A DNA stretch of 61,261 nt, filler included, from Barthelona sp. PAP020 (Eukaryota), in assembly GCA_040182905.1 (NCBI GenBank). It is 3 parts of 3 records of this genome, joined end to end, with 100 filler letters (N's around TTAATTAATTAA, not from the genome) between each part and the next. Parts side by side here need not be neighbours in the genome. Positions count along the whole stretch, not along the records: positions 1 to 20,458 come from JARQWU010000189.1; positions 20,559 to 40,922 come from JARQWU010000190.1; 1 more part is not named here. One strand, given 5' to 3'. Below are positions 11,252 through 22,330 of this stretch, one piece after another. Made by a program: the position numbers and the translations under genes. Under the pieces are notes generated by a model that was not told the DNA's origin, did not search any database, and worked only from the letters and a program-made list of their open reading frames with translations. The first letter of the stretch is position 1. Every line of letters begins with the position of its first letter.

Positions 11252-11366
11252 TCAAACCGCCATTTTTTTTTGAAATTGTTTTATTGATTATTGTTTTTGT
11301 TTGGAAACAATATCGTGAATGAGCCTTGCAATAATTGCTTAAAAAAAAACATAAAATCATAAATTT

Positions 11367-11966
11367 TTACATTTCATTTGGATTGAAAGAATTTTGTGTG
11401 TAAATTGATAATAACAACTTTATTTGCCCATCTAATAAAGCAATTTTTTCATTTAATCTATTCAATATATCATAACATTGTTTAATTTGGTCATGAGTTT
11501 TGCTCAATTCATCTTTTAATTTGCTGGTTTTGCAATTCAAATCATCCTTATCTATTAACTGCAAAAACAATAAACAATCATTCAATAAATTATTTGTGCC
11601 TAAAAAATATTCAGAATTGATAAAATTTGCATTGCTGGAAGGAATAGAATTACAAATTGCCTCACAAGTGTTTGATATTTGAGTGATAGTTGATTTTAAC
11701 TCATTTAAATGATAATTTTGTATTGTATTAAAAAACAATCCAGAATTTTTCACATTTGCAACCAATTCTGAAATTTCGCTCAATTTTTGGGCCCTCAATT
11801 TCTCCCAATATAAATCGGCTTGAAAAATAAAATATTGAGTGGCTTTCATCATTTGATATTTGACTTTTTCTTGCCTTTTGAACAAAGAACGTGTTAATTT
11901 TTGTTTAATGTACAATAATTGAATTAATTTGGTTTTTTCAATCGATATATCATCAGAATTTACCAT
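11367..11966 (-). CDS. Hypothetical helical/coiled-coil protein, 199 aa
   Basis: ATG-initiated ORF with amphipathic helices; family not established. Confidence 0.65.
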   Translation of the reverse strand: MVNSDDISIEKTKLIQLLYIKQKLTRSLFKRQEKVKYQMMKATQYFIFQADLYWEKLRAQKLSEISELVANVKNSGLFFNTIQNYHLNELKSTITQISNTCEAICNSIPSSNANFINSEYFLGTNNLLNDCLLFLQLIDKDDLNCKTSKLKDELSKTHDQIKQCYDILNRLNEKIALLDGQIKLLLSIYTQNSFNPNEM

Positions 11967-12039
11967 AAAACTTGATAAATTGTAAAAAAAGGGTTGTTTA
12001 GTTTTTTCTTCTTTTTTTTTTTTTCAGTTATTCAATCAA

Positions 12040-12609
12040 ATGAATGAGAATAATAGCCAAATATATTGCTGGGAATGTGGAGATTGGAATAGAAGCGAAA
12101 TATTAGATGGTGAATATGTATGCTCAGTTTGTCATTCTTCTTTCGTTAGCTTCAGTAATTCTGACGTTGAAATATCTTCTAGCTCTGAATTTGAACATGA
12201 GGAGATTGAAGAACAAGAAATTGAACCGGAACCACAAAATGATAATGATAATGTTGCTCGAGATTTATTTGGCAATGTTGTTGAAAGAATGAATCCTATT
12301 CAACATGTAGGACGTCTTGGTCCATTTATATTTTCAACCGGTAATTTTACCACAATTTTGCAAACTTTATCAAACCAGGAAAGAAACAATGCAGTATCTG
12401 ATGCGTTTTTGAATTCTTTGGAGAGGTTTAACTGTACACTAGACTTAATTGGGGAAAATTGTCCAATATGTTTCGGAGAATATAAAGAAGAGAGTGAATT
12501 AATATCTTTACCATGTCAACACACATTTCATTCAGAATGTTTAATTGAATGGCTAAAACAAAATAACACGTGTCCTATTTGTCGTGCAAATGTTGAAGAA
12601 AATGAATGA
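12040..12609 (+). CDS. RING-H2 E3 ubiquitin ligase, RNF126/RNF115-like
   Basis: N-terminal zinc ribbon (YCWEC...CSVCHSSFV) and C-terminal RING-H2 CPIC...LPCQHTFHSECLIEWL...TCPICR. Confidence 0.9.
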   Translation: MNENNSQIYCWECGDWNRSEILDGEYVCSVCHSSFVSFSNSDVEISSSSEFEHEEIEEQEIEPEPQNDNDNVARDLFGNVVERMNPIQHVGRLGPFIFSTGNFTTILQTLSNQERNNAVSDAFLNSLERFNCTLDLIGENCPICFGEYKEESELISLPCQHTFHSECLIEWLKQNNTCPICRANVEENE

Positions 12610-13275
12610 AGTGTTTGTCCAGAAAATTTTTACTGACCGTTCTGAATTATTCCTTTCAAAAGTTTCTCATAATCATATTAGAAGTTTAAACAAACACGTT
12701 TTATTGTGACTCCCTTTATTTTGAAGATAATAAAAATTTTCTTTTTTTGTTTTTGATTTTTTTTTTTCAAAGAGTGTTTTATAGAGGTTTAAGCCGCTTA
12801 TTTTTATTGATTGATTTACTAATAAAAAAAACAATGAATTATCTCCAGATAATTTGGGAATTTTTTATTCTTTCCTTCATGCTTAAACAGTTTTGATAAT
12901 CCAATTTAATTCAAAAAAAAGAGAGCAAAGCAAAAAAAGTTCATAGAAACAGAATGAATATATAGAATTTTGCACATCAAGGATAGTTCTTCAGCCATAT
13001 TATGTCTAAACATCTTTTTTCTGTTTAAAAAAAACTTTCAAAGAAAATGCTAAAAAACTGAAACGAAGTCTGTTTTTTGAAAGTTGGAAAAAAAAATAGG
13101 AAAATTGTAATTTTTATTGCATGGTGAAAAACTTGATGTGTAAGACAAATGAAAATATGAACATTGTGGACGACTCCATTTTCGATTTGATTCAGCATGT
13201 GATAAAAATTGAATTGCAACATTTTTCAATGTCTCACAGCCTGTTACCTGGCCATAAAGATAAAAAAAAAATTGA

Positions 13276-15099
13276 TCATTTATTTTTTGCAAGCTCCTCC
13301 TTCAATTCAAAACAAAGTGATCTCTGTATATTAAGCTCATAATCTTTATTTTGGAGAGATTTTTCAAGTTGAACAATTATCGATTTCAAGTGGTCAATTT
13401 CAACTGTTTGAATTTCTTCCAAATTTTCATCATTGGATTGATTACTCTTTATCTGAACATGCAAATAGTTTTCAATCAAATGATGAAATAAGTTCAAATA
13501 GATTGGGGTAATCGCTTCCAAATCACACTGATTAGAAGAACCTTTATTCAAATTCAACAAATAATTCAAAAGATTTGAAATTTCATCAAAGGGGGATGCT
13601 AATTTTTGCATATCAATTAACTCAATATATTCAAATCTTTCGGTCTTTGGATGAAACAACAAAGTTTGAACACACTCACTAAATATTTTCAATTCATCCT
13701 CCTTTAACGTAAAATTATTTAAAATATAAAGCAAATAATAAAAATATTGCAAACGATGATCTTGACATAGTTGATAGAAAGAGAAATTTTCAGTAAAAAC
13801 TTCAAATTTCACTTCATTTGAATTTTCACTTGTTCTTTTAATCTGAAATTGCTTGCTTATTTCCATATTCATCATTCCTAAATGATAAAATAGCATGCAA
13901 AATTGTTGAATTTCCTCAGTTGTCGAAAAAATATTGGTGTGTTGAAAAAGCTTGTTTATGCTATCAATAAAATATTGAATCAATTTAAAAATCTCATGAA
14001 TTTCATCACTAAAAAGTGTTTGCGGAAGAGCTAAAGGAAAATTGATAAAAAAAAATTTTCTTTCTTGTTCTTTCTTCGCTTTTAAAAAATAATTTTCATT
14101 TTTCAATTGTCGAATTTTGTTTTTTAAATCGGAAATTTCAATTAATCTAGTTTTTAACGTGTGAAACGAACTGCTCAACACTTTCAATAACTTTTCATTT
14201 CTTTCTTTTAAAACAAGTTCTTTGCGTTTCAATTCCAAAAGAAGTTGATCATTCAAGCTATTTACTTTCAAACTTACAGCTTGAACTTTTACTAATTTTT
14301 TTAGTTCATTTTCAACATCCTTATCTTTACCCTTTGAGATGGTATCTATTTTTTCCTGATAAATTTTGATTTGTTTATTCAATTCTTTACAATAAATTGC
14401 CATTTTTTTCATTCTATTTTCATCAAAACATTTTGATTTTGATGGTGTCAATTTTTTATCTTTTTCAATACTTTGATTTAACTTAAAGTCTTTAATTGTT
14501 AATATCAAATGGTCAAATCGCATTTCTAACTCTTTTATAATATTTGATGAGTACTTATCACATTTCAACACATGTAACAAATCTTTCGTTTGGATTTTCA
14601 AAATATCAGAATCAGAATATCTTTTTATCTCATCATGGAATAATAAAGAAGGTGATTGAGGAATTGGTTGTGGAACAATTTTTAATCCCATATTTCGAGG
14701 TTCAGGACTGGGACTTATGCCTGAACTAATGGAAAGAGAATAAGTATCAGATTCATTATAACTCAAAGGGGTATCAATATCAACAGAATCGGTTCTGTTG
14801 TATTTTTCACTAAAAATTTCGCTTGGTGTTTCAATAAAATCTTCATTCTTTTCATTTTCATCAACTATTTCAAGTCTTTTGAAGTTAACAAATATTCCAT
14901 GTTTGGATTTGCAACGAAAATATCTTTTCCCCTTAATTTTTCCATCATTTTTTCCTAAAGGTTGATCTAACTCAACTCCAAACCAGGTTCCACTTTTCAC
15001 ATGAATGTCACCAATATATCTAATAAAACCGCAACATTCAACTAAATTTTTTTCGTCTTTTATCAATCGAACTCTTGAACCCAAATTAAATTGATTCAT
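13276..15099 (-). CDS. CAP-Gly domain coiled-coil protein (dynactin p150/CLIP-like)
   Basis: GSRV...GFIRYIG...GTWFGVELDQPLGKNDG...GKRYFRC...HGIFV, followed by a Ser/Pro-rich linker and coiled coil. Confidence 0.88.
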   Translation of the reverse strand: MNQFNLGSRVRLIKDEKNLVECCGFIRYIGDIHVKSGTWFGVELDQPLGKNDGKIKGKRYFRCKSKHGIFVNFKRLEIVDENEKNEDFIETPSEIFSEKYNRTDSVDIDTPLSYNESDTYSLSISSGISPSPEPRNMGLKIVPQPIPQSPSLLFHDEIKRYSDSDILKIQTKDLLHVLKCDKYSSNIIKELEMRFDHLILTIKDFKLNQSIEKDKKLTPSKSKCFDENRMKKMAIYCKELNKQIKIYQEKIDTISKGKDKDVENELKKLVKVQAVSLKVNSLNDQLLLELKRKELVLKERNEKLLKVLSSSFHTLKTRLIEISDLKNKIRQLKNENYFLKAKKEQERKFFFINFPLALPQTLFSDEIHEIFKLIQYFIDSINKLFQHTNIFSTTEEIQQFCMLFYHLGMMNMEISKQFQIKRTSENSNEVKFEVFTENFSFYQLCQDHRLQYFYYLLYILNNFTLKEDELKIFSECVQTLLFHPKTERFEYIELIDMQKLASPFDEISNLLNYLLNLNKGSSNQCDLEAITPIYLNLFHHLIENYLHVQIKSNQSNDENLEEIQTVEIDHLKSIIVQLEKSLQNKDYELNIQRSLCFELKEELAKNK

Positions 15100-15107
15100 T
15101 CTAACAT

Positions 15108-15536
15108 ATGAATAACGATAATGTTAAAAAATACAATGATGATTTGATAACTTTTGATACTAATATTGACGATTATAATTATAACAATGGGGTTTTTATT
15201 GGAACAAAATCAAAATATAAAACTTCAAACAAGGATTTAACATTCCCTAAACAGCTGTTAAGTCAAAATGATACTGTAGACTTTCAAACCACAAAAGAAC
15301 CTGAAAAAGAAAAAGAAATCTATTTACCGGGTTTAAAATATGGGTGTAATTATACTATATATGAAAATGATCCAACGGAAAATCATTCAAAATATTTGTT
15401 AACTTGTATTGAAAATAATGAAAAAATACCCATATTAAAAATCATTAATATGGAACGAATAGCCAATATAACAAACAAAAAAGCGATCTTTCAAAAGAAA
15501 GACAAAAGGTTGCAATTTGAAATTTGGACTTTATAA
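15108..15536 (+). CDS. Hypothetical protein, 142 aa
   Basis: ORF exactly fills the space between two minus-strand genes. Faint resemblance to the cactin C-terminal domain (IYLPGL..YTI..D; ILKIINME) is unverified. Confidence 0.5.
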   Translation: MNNDNVKKYNDDLITFDTNIDDYNYNNGVFIGTKSKYKTSNKDLTFPKQLLSQNDTVDFQTTKEPEKEKEIYLPGLKYGCNYTIYENDPTENHSKYLLTCIENNEKIPILKIINMERIANITNKKAIFQKKDKRLQFEIWTL

Positions 15537-17060
15537 AAGTTTAAATCTTCTTTTGCGATATTTTTGACGAAGCATGATTTTTTTTTCTGGTTCAAGATCA
15601 AGCATGTCACAGACAACATCTATCATTGAATTTTGGTTTTGCTTTTCCGTCAATAAGAAAGAAATCATAATTTGTTGAATATTTGCAACATGTGCTTTCA
15701 ATTGTTTATTTTCCATGAATAGGATGTTGTGATTGACTTCATCCACATCCACACTGCTTTTATTCTCTTTGATGTTATCATTATCAGAATGACTTTTCTT
15801 TAAACTGTAAAGCTCATCCGTTTTTTGTTTCAACTGTTTATTTATGTTGATATTGTTATTTTTCAAGTTTTCATTGACAGTTTTAAGCAACAAAAATTCC
15901 TTGTTAAGGTCGATATTTTTTTGCTTCATCAATTCAAATTTCTGTGTTATTTCTTCAACTTGATTCATTTTTGATTGAATTTCTTCCTTCAATTGAAAGC
16001 TTTGGCTTGAGTTTTTTGAAATTTCAATGTTTCCTTCTTCAATTTCTTTTCGTTTTAACTGCAAATCAGATAAAACATTGCAGTACTTGGATAAAGGAAC
16101 GAATATTGAATCTTCAATCAAACTCATATTTTGGTGACTAAATATGTCAAAGTCAAAAGGCACATCTTTTATGATTCTCTTGGAGCCACTATCAAATTTC
16201 CAAACTGTTTGATCTTCATCAACAACAATCTTAGTTTTATCCATAAACTCACAATTTTCATTGATTTTTTTTTGTAAAACAGCATTATTTTCTCTTTCCA
16301 AAGCTAATGTTGCATTCGATTTCTCAAGGTACGAAGTCAAATCAGCATTATTTTTCTTTGCCAAGTTTAACTCGTCATTCATTCTTTTCATTTTTGATTT
16401 TAATGCTGCCAAATTCAAATTTAATGCTTCATTCACATTTTTCAGCTCTTCAAAACTGTTTAATTCATTATGTTTTTGTTCAAGACTAGAAACCAATTCC
16501 TTGTTTTTTGTTTTATACTCTTCTATTCTATCAACAAATAATTGGATGTCAAACGCATCATTAGATACTGATAAATCCATTATATTGGCCAAATTTCTCA
16601 TTTCAGCAAGAGTTTTTAAATGGGCCGTTTCTCTTTCATTTAAAACTTTTAATATTTCTTTATTCTTCTTCTTCTCCTCATTAATTTCATTGATTAAAGT
16701 TTCATATTTCTTTTCTTGGGATTCTAAATTAATAGATTTAGCATTCTGCATTGTTTGTAAAGAATCAATGCCTACAACAACTCCCTGTTGAAGTTGAAAT
16801 GCAATATTATCAATAATTTCCCTAGTTTTTACAGCTTCATTGAAATTAGCTTCTGGATAAATCGATTTCAATAATTTTTCATAAAATACCTTTTGTTCGT
16901 TCAACAATTTATATGCTCTTGTGGCTGTTCGTAATTTTAATATTAGATCTTTTTCATTATTATTGCTCATTGGAGTATGAAATTGATTAGAAGTAGATTT
17001 TGGTGTACTTAATGGAGAATCAACATGAATATTTGCTCGGATCTTTCTCGTATTATCCAT
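15531..17060 (-). CDS. Coiled-coil golgin-like protein with C-terminal GRIP-like domain
   Basis: Long coiled coil ending in NIQQIMISFL...SMIDVVCDMLDLEPEKK, similar to the GRIP consensus YLKNVLLQFL...LLPVIxTLLxFSPEE. Confidence 0.7.
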   Translation of the reverse strand: MDNTRKIRANIHVDSPLSTPKSTSNQFHTPMSNNNEKDLILKLRTATRAYKLLNEQKVFYEKLLKSIYPEANFNEAVKTREIIDNIAFQLQQGVVVGIDSLQTMQNAKSINLESQEKKYETLINEINEEKKKNKEILKVLNERETAHLKTLAEMRNLANIMDLSVSNDAFDIQLFVDRIEEYKTKNKELVSSLEQKHNELNSFEELKNVNEALNLNLAALKSKMKRMNDELNLAKKNNADLTSYLEKSNATLALERENNAVLQKKINENCEFMDKTKIVVDEDQTVWKFDSGSKRIIKDVPFDFDIFSHQNMSLIEDSIFVPLSKYCNVLSDLQLKRKEIEEGNIEISKNSSQSFQLKEEIQSKMNQVEEITQKFELMKQKNIDLNKEFLLLKTVNENLKNNNININKQLKQKTDELYSLKKSHSDNDNIKENKSSVDVDEVNHNILFMENKQLKAHVANIQQIMISFLLTEKQNQNSMIDVVCDMLDLEPEKKIMLRQKYRKRRFKLL

Positions 17061-17357
17061 AATACAAATATATTATAAACTAAAAACAATGTAAAAAAGA
17101 AAGTAAACTCTTCTTGAAATGACAAAATTTTCCAACAATTGAACCTATTCAAAACAATAATAATGACAAATTGAAAGATAAAGACTCAGTAGATAATAAA
17201 AACAAACATGAAAGGAATATTTATCGTATAATGTTAAAAATTCTCAATGAGAGAATTAAATTTGCAATAAACAAATAAAAAACTATAAATGACTAAATGC
17301 AGGATCCTTAAAATTATTAAATTTGAAAGAATTACATATGGATTGCAAAAAAAGAAC

Positions 17358-18290
17358 CTACTGCTCTAAAGCAATTATAGCCATTCTTAATGCACTTTCT
17401 AATGATTTTGCACCTCCTAAAAACAAGGCTTTGTGAACAAATAAAGCATCTTCAATTCCAACAATACAAGATAATTCATCATCTCTTTTTCCTTTCCATT
17501 CTTCAGGGAGTGACTTTCTGGTACTGAAGTTTTCTCCTTTATTAGGAACACAACGAATTCTGTAATTGCCATCGTTGTCAGGGTAGACAATATACAGAAT
17601 TTTCTCAATTTTATTCTTATTTTCCATTTCATAAATTTGATCAAAAACAGGTAAATTTCTTTCTAAAGAAAGAATGCTTCCCGAAAAATGAATATCAAAA
17701 CGGGATTCCCATGCTTTTGAAAAAAATTTCTTTGCAGGCATGACTTCTTTAACAAAGTGTTTCAAAATATTTTTAAAATCCATTCCACACATTTCCACAC
17801 CTAAATTAAATTGAGATTGCTCCAAAGACTTAACTCGACAAGGCAAGGTAGTGTTATCTTGATAACGAAAAAGAGAACTATCTTTAATACGATCGACGCC
17901 ATTATCATTAGCATCAATCATATGAATCAAATTACAGTACATGTTTTCATATGCTGCATCAAGATCTTCTGATGTAAGATCTGGATAAAGTGATAAAACA
18001 ACATCTTTTCCATAATGGCGATATATTAATCCTGCTGCACAATGTTTTGTGATTGCATTATCATTGAATTTCTCTTCAAAACCAATTTGATGATGGTCAT
18101 ATCTCTTTCTTTCATGATCATAAACATCACCAACATCGCAAACAATATCTGCATGTTCAATAATTTCCTTATCTCGAGTACGAACAACTTCATGTTCGGA
18201 AAATTCAGGAAGTTGCTTTAACATCCACACACAAGTGCATTCATCTGCATGCATCACGCCATTATGAACAACAATCTGTTTTTTTGACAT
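17358..18290 (-). CDS. MYG1: MYG1 exonuclease (UPF0160, DHH-like)
   Basis: HNGVMHADE, VRTRD, DVGDVYD...YDHHQ, AGLIYRHYG, IDANDNG, RKSLPEEWKG and FVHKALFLGG. Start placed at MSKKQ (ATG at 18290) rather than the upstream non-ATG start. Confidence 0.93.
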   Translation of the reverse strand: MSKKQIVVHNGVMHADECTCVWMLKQLPEFSEHEVVRTRDKEIIEHADIVCDVGDVYDHERKRYDHHQIGFEEKFNDNAITKHCAAGLIYRHYGKDVVLSLYPDLTSEDLDAAYENMYCNLIHMIDANDNGVDRIKDSSLFRYQDNTTLPCRVKSLEQSQFNLGVEMCGMDFKNILKHFVKEVMPAKKFFSKAWESRFDIHFSGSILSLERNLPVFDQIYEMENKNKIEKILYIVYPDNDGNYRIRCVPNKGENFSTRKSLPEEWKGKRDDELSCIVGIEDALFVHKALFLGGAKSLESALRMAIIALEQ

Positions 18291-18433
18291 TAAATAGAGT
18301 TTCAAAAGAAAAAGAAAGAATAGAATATTTACCAACGAACAAAACAAAAAAAAACGTATATGAAAATATTAAATTCAATATAGTCACTCTTTATACACAA
18401 AAACACAAAAAAAAGAGGAAAAGAGGAAAAAAT

Positions 18434-20263
18434 TCAATAGAAATCATTCAAATCCATTCTTGTTGCTAAATCAATAAAATTCCAAATTTCAGAAGCAAAT
18501 TGTTCATCTTTCTCATCTCCACTTGTTTGAATAGGGTTGTTTAATAGATTTTTCAACTCACCAACTCTTTTAAAGAAATCTTTAGTGATACTTCTTAAAA
18601 CGTTGATAAAATCAGGTGATGAAACAAATTCAGAAAAATTTTTTTCCACCTCCATCTGATCAAACTCAGAATATTGAGTTGAATTTGCATTTGCATTTAA
18701 ATCAACTGAAATCAAAAGAGCATTCAATTCAGCAAAAAAACGTTCACAACAGCCTAAAATTGAATTAATGGTACGAAAGAATTGCAAATTTTTTAAAAAG
18801 ATTTTTTCCATAATATTATCTGCAAATATTTCAAATATTTCCTGAACAAATTGAAATTTAACTGAATTTTCAGATTTTTTAGATTTTTTAGAGATTTGCC
18901 TGCAAAATTGTAATTTTTTTTCCAATTGGATAACTTCTTTAGAAATGACGTTATACCAAATGTAAGATATGAACGTGTTCAGAAAATGCATCATTAATTG
19001 CCTTAACCAAAAGATATTTTTAGTTTTCAAACATACATAAACCTTTAACAACTGAAAATGAACGAATTTAATTCTGAATAAGTATCGGAATATCAAATGT
19101 AATTTGTATAATACAGAATCAGAGAAAATAATTGAATAAGGAAACTTCGGAACCCAATCAATGATGATCCTACGATATGCAGAAGTGTCAGTCATTTCAG
19201 ACCGATCAAGAGTGAGTTTTCTCAATTCTGCAACAAAATGGACTGGTGTGAACTTTATGGTGGCGTTTTCATCCAAAACAAACAGCAATTTTTCAAAATC
19301 GCCAGCAATAAACATTCGAGATGAATCCATCCTCTCATAAGATTCGAATAGTAGATCAAAATTTTGATCAAAAAAATTTGCAAATATGGTCGATTCCCTT
19401 AAAAAATACAAATCAACAATGGTACAAAGCTTCTTTTCAAGGTCATACTTTAACAGCAGTTGTTGATTCAGTTTAATATTTGTTTTGAGCAAAAGTTCAT
19501 CAATATACTTCCTTACTTTCATTATATCTACGCCTCCTTTACATGACTTACTCTCATCTATCATTTCCTCAAAATCAACACCATTTTCATCTTTTTCATC
19601 TTCATCCATGTTAAAATCCTCGCATTGGTTCAAAAACTCAGTAAATTTGGACAATTCAATTAGCTTCTTTCGGTCGTTCAAAAAATATGGCAAAATTGTA
19701 AGGTTTCCATATATCTTATGAGGCAATATCCTTTTCAAATATGTATGATTTAATTTACACAATAAATCATTGAGTACAGTCTCTATTTGTTTCCTACCAA
19801 CAAAATCTATTTGCAATTGAAAGATATAGTTAATAATCGATACATCAGTCAATTCTTGTTCTTTAATATGCCTAATAATTAACAACAAACAAAAAAATTT
19901 TTCCTTTTGATTGGATTTGGTCAAATTCAAATCTAATTCATCTAAAGTTAATAAAATTTCATTATTTGAAGAATCAAAATGTTTTTTTTCCAAATTTATG
20001 ATAAAATTAAAATAATCTTTCAAAAAAAAATCAATTTCTTCCAAAAAATTTTGTAATATCATGTCTTCTTCATTCTTTAACACATCAACATAAAACTTAA
20101 CTTTTAAATAGTCATTTCCTAATTTTAATATCTGATTTGCTTTTAAATGTTCTGGATTGGATGAATCTTCTACAATCATCATATTTTTCACTTGTTTAAC
20201 ATAATATCCTTCATATCCTAATAGGCCATAAATTACATCACGTATTAATTGGACTTCATTCAT
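18434..20263 (-). CDS. Gamma-tubulin complex component (Spc97/Spc98 family, GCP2-like)
   Basis: EVQLIRDVIYGLLGYEGYY (GRIP1 start) and FPYSIIFS..LYKLHLIFRYLFRIKFVHFQL...LRQLMMHFLNTFISYIWYNVI (GRIP2). Confidence 0.85.
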   Translation of the reverse strand: MNEVQLIRDVIYGLLGYEGYYVKQVKNMMIVEDSSNPEHLKANQILKLGNDYLKVKFYVDVLKNEEDMILQNFLEEIDFFLKDYFNFIINLEKKHFDSSNNEILLTLDELDLNLTKSNQKEKFFCLLLIIRHIKEQELTDVSIINYIFQLQIDFVGRKQIETVLNDLLCKLNHTYLKRILPHKIYGNLTILPYFLNDRKKLIELSKFTEFLNQCEDFNMDEDEKDENGVDFEEMIDESKSCKGGVDIMKVRKYIDELLLKTNIKLNQQLLLKYDLEKKLCTIVDLYFLRESTIFANFFDQNFDLLFESYERMDSSRMFIAGDFEKLLFVLDENATIKFTPVHFVAELRKLTLDRSEMTDTSAYRRIIIDWVPKFPYSIIFSDSVLYKLHLIFRYLFRIKFVHFQLLKVYVCLKTKNIFWLRQLMMHFLNTFISYIWYNVISKEVIQLEKKLQFCRQISKKSKKSENSVKFQFVQEIFEIFADNIMEKIFLKNLQFFRTINSILGCCERFFAELNALLISVDLNANANSTQYSEFDQMEVEKNFSEFVSSPDFINVLRSITKDFFKRVGELKNLLNNPIQTSGDEKDEQFASEIWNFIDLATRMDLNDFY

Positions 20264-20369
20264 TCATTGGTTCTCAAAAAATGGATCCTGGGTTTTTATC
20301 ATTTAAAACTCATTTATTTTTTTGTTTAATAATATCATAATATTACAACATAAAAATAAAGACTATCAT

Positions 20370-20458
20370 TTATAATTTAATCGCATCCAATATATCTAAT
20401 TCACCATTAACTTCTTTTTGTAAAATTTCACCTAATTGATTCAATAAATATTCTTGAT
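20370..20458 (-). CDS. Possible 3' end of a gene truncated by the contig end
   Basis: Reverse strand reads QEYLLNQLGEILQKEVNGELDILDAIKL* from the contig edge, with host-like codons. Confidence 0.4.
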
Positions 20459-20558
20459 NNNNNNNNNNNNNNNNNNNNNNNNNNNNNNNNNNNNNNNNNN
20501 NNTTAATTAATTAANNNNNNNNNNNNNNNNNNNNNNNNNNNNNNNNNNNNNNNNNNNN
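20459..20558. other. Artificial contig spacer (N44-TTAATTAATTAA-N44)
   Basis: Exactly 100 nt; the central 12-mer gives stops in all six frames; identical to 40923-41022. Confidence 0.97.
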
Positions 20559-21061
20559 ATAAAACCGCATTCATGACAATAATCTAGACTGGAAGCAACT
20601 TGCATGAGTATCGTGAGCTTTTGCATCAACGAAAGTTTGGGTATTTCATGTTCAAGAACTGAATCACAAAATTGCATAACTATCCCAGTTTTACCATTGA
20701 TTTTGGTTACCCCATGAATTTGACGAATGAAATGATGGTTGAGATTCATTGGCACGCATTCTTTCAGTAAATCGTGTTCTTCCGGCGTATTGTAAAAGAA
20801 CTTAATTATTTCAACCACTTCATACCGTTCCGCGATGCTGAAGTATCCAGTCTTCCCTTTTATAAAATATTTAGTGATTATGTTAACATTAGATCCATGA
20901 ATTTCGGTAGGTTTCAAAGAATCTAAGAGGTCTGTAAATGATTCCATATTAGGCATTCGATTATTGCCCTTTGATCGCCAGTTTTCCACAAAAGTAGCAC
21001 CTTCAGTTTCCTTTTGTTGAATTATCTCTTTGATGACTGAAATGTCAATGTTAACAACCAT
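20559..21061 (-). CDS. Protein kinase-like gene (TKL-like), N-terminal part, truncated at contig end
   Basis: LNHHFIRQIHGV...GIVMQFCD..L...KLTILMQVASSLDYCHECGF resembles kinase subdomains IV-VIa and runs into the Ns just before the HRD motif. Confidence 0.75.
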
Positions 21062-22330
21062 TGTTGCTTGGAAAAAAAAGAAATCAAGCTGAGGAAAGAA
21101 TCCTATCTTTTCAACATTTTTTCAGAAACAATCAGTCCGTGTTTTGGAACAGTCGTTATCGAAATGAAGTGAATTGATTGATTAGTCATGTGTGGGATGT
21201 TCCTTTCGATGTGTTACCGCTTCTTTGTTGGGACTTTCTTTATCGAATTTATTCCAATAGTTGTGCTCTCAATATTGTTTTAAACACCGTGAAAATGTTA
21301 TAAGAAAATATTTTTCGGCTTTAATGACTTTAGTTCGAATAATTTTGTTGAAAGTCATTGTTTCAATGCATTTTTTGCGGTATTTTTAATACAATTTTAC
21401 GTTTTGTGATCTTTATAGCCAGATGATTTACAAATTGAACCGAAAGTTGTGTTGAATATCTTTGTCTGTCACGAAACGTTTTCCAAAATTTGAAACTGGT
21501 GCCTTGTGTGTTTAGTAAATTCTTTAAAAGAGCTAGAAGGTTCCACTTTTCTTATATTTATCTTAAATGTACAAGATTTCTTAATTTTCACTTGTAAAAA
21601 GTCAAAATCTTTAAAGTTAGCCCTGATGGTTTTCGAGGAAAAAAGGAAGAAGGGAAAATTTCAATCTGTAAAAATAATCGTTTTGTAAACAACTCTCATT
21701 TTATTTTTGCAAAACTTTTTTGAAAAACTTTCAAAATTTTGGATAAATGCCATATGTCATTTATTTGAATGTCAATAAACCCAATTTCCTCTTCATATCA
21801 AATTGCTTTCTCAAAAGTAAAATTTTCAGTTTTGCAACCATTCTTCTTCAAAGCACATTTTTAGAAAATTTTTGTCTTTTGCTCGAGAGACAATTGCATT
21901 ACTAATTATTCAAATGAATAATATTTGGAAATCTTTGGTATTAAACGATACTACTTGTGAATATTTTTGTTGAATTACTCATTCAACAAATTAAATTAAA
22001 GAAATTCACTTTTACGAATTTAGATTAATGGATCGAATTCTATTTGTTGGGAGATTTGGTAGTTGAAAAGAGTGAATTTCATTAAAAGCCATTCTTTTCG
22101 AATAAAATATATGTCAATATTCATTCTTACGGCATTATTCTTTTTAAGAAAATGAATCAGCCTTCACTATGATAAAAAAGATAAAAACTCTTTATTAACA
22201 GAAAGATGCAATCAACAAACTGACAAGTTATTGCACAATAACATTTGATTGAGCATGTGAGAATATGAGAAACATGCACTGAAACAAGAAACAAAAGACA
22301 AGCACCTTGTAAAATAAAAAATGTTTGCAT

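Noticed and set aside
16261..16791. 176-aa plus-strand ORF and similar antisense ORFs (e.g. 28330-28731, 39208-39648)
   Set aside because: Antisense to well-supported genes; the F/S/L-rich composition is typical of reverse-read coding sequence.
11367..20263. Apparent cluster of microtubule/Golgi genes (CAP-Gly, GRIP golgin, GCP, possible HAUS8-like ORF)
   Set aside because: Interspersed with unrelated genes, such genes are common in flagellates, and the HAUS8 resemblance is too weak.
20503..20514. TTAATTAATTAA as a piggyBac TTAA site or regulatory palindrome
   Set aside because: Centred in N runs and repeated identically at 40967-40978; an assembly artefact.
20370..21061. Kinase ORF continuing across the gap into the fragment at 20370-20458
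   Set aside because: The gap is a synthetic linker, and the ORF-track stop at 20507 comes from TTAATTAATTAA.
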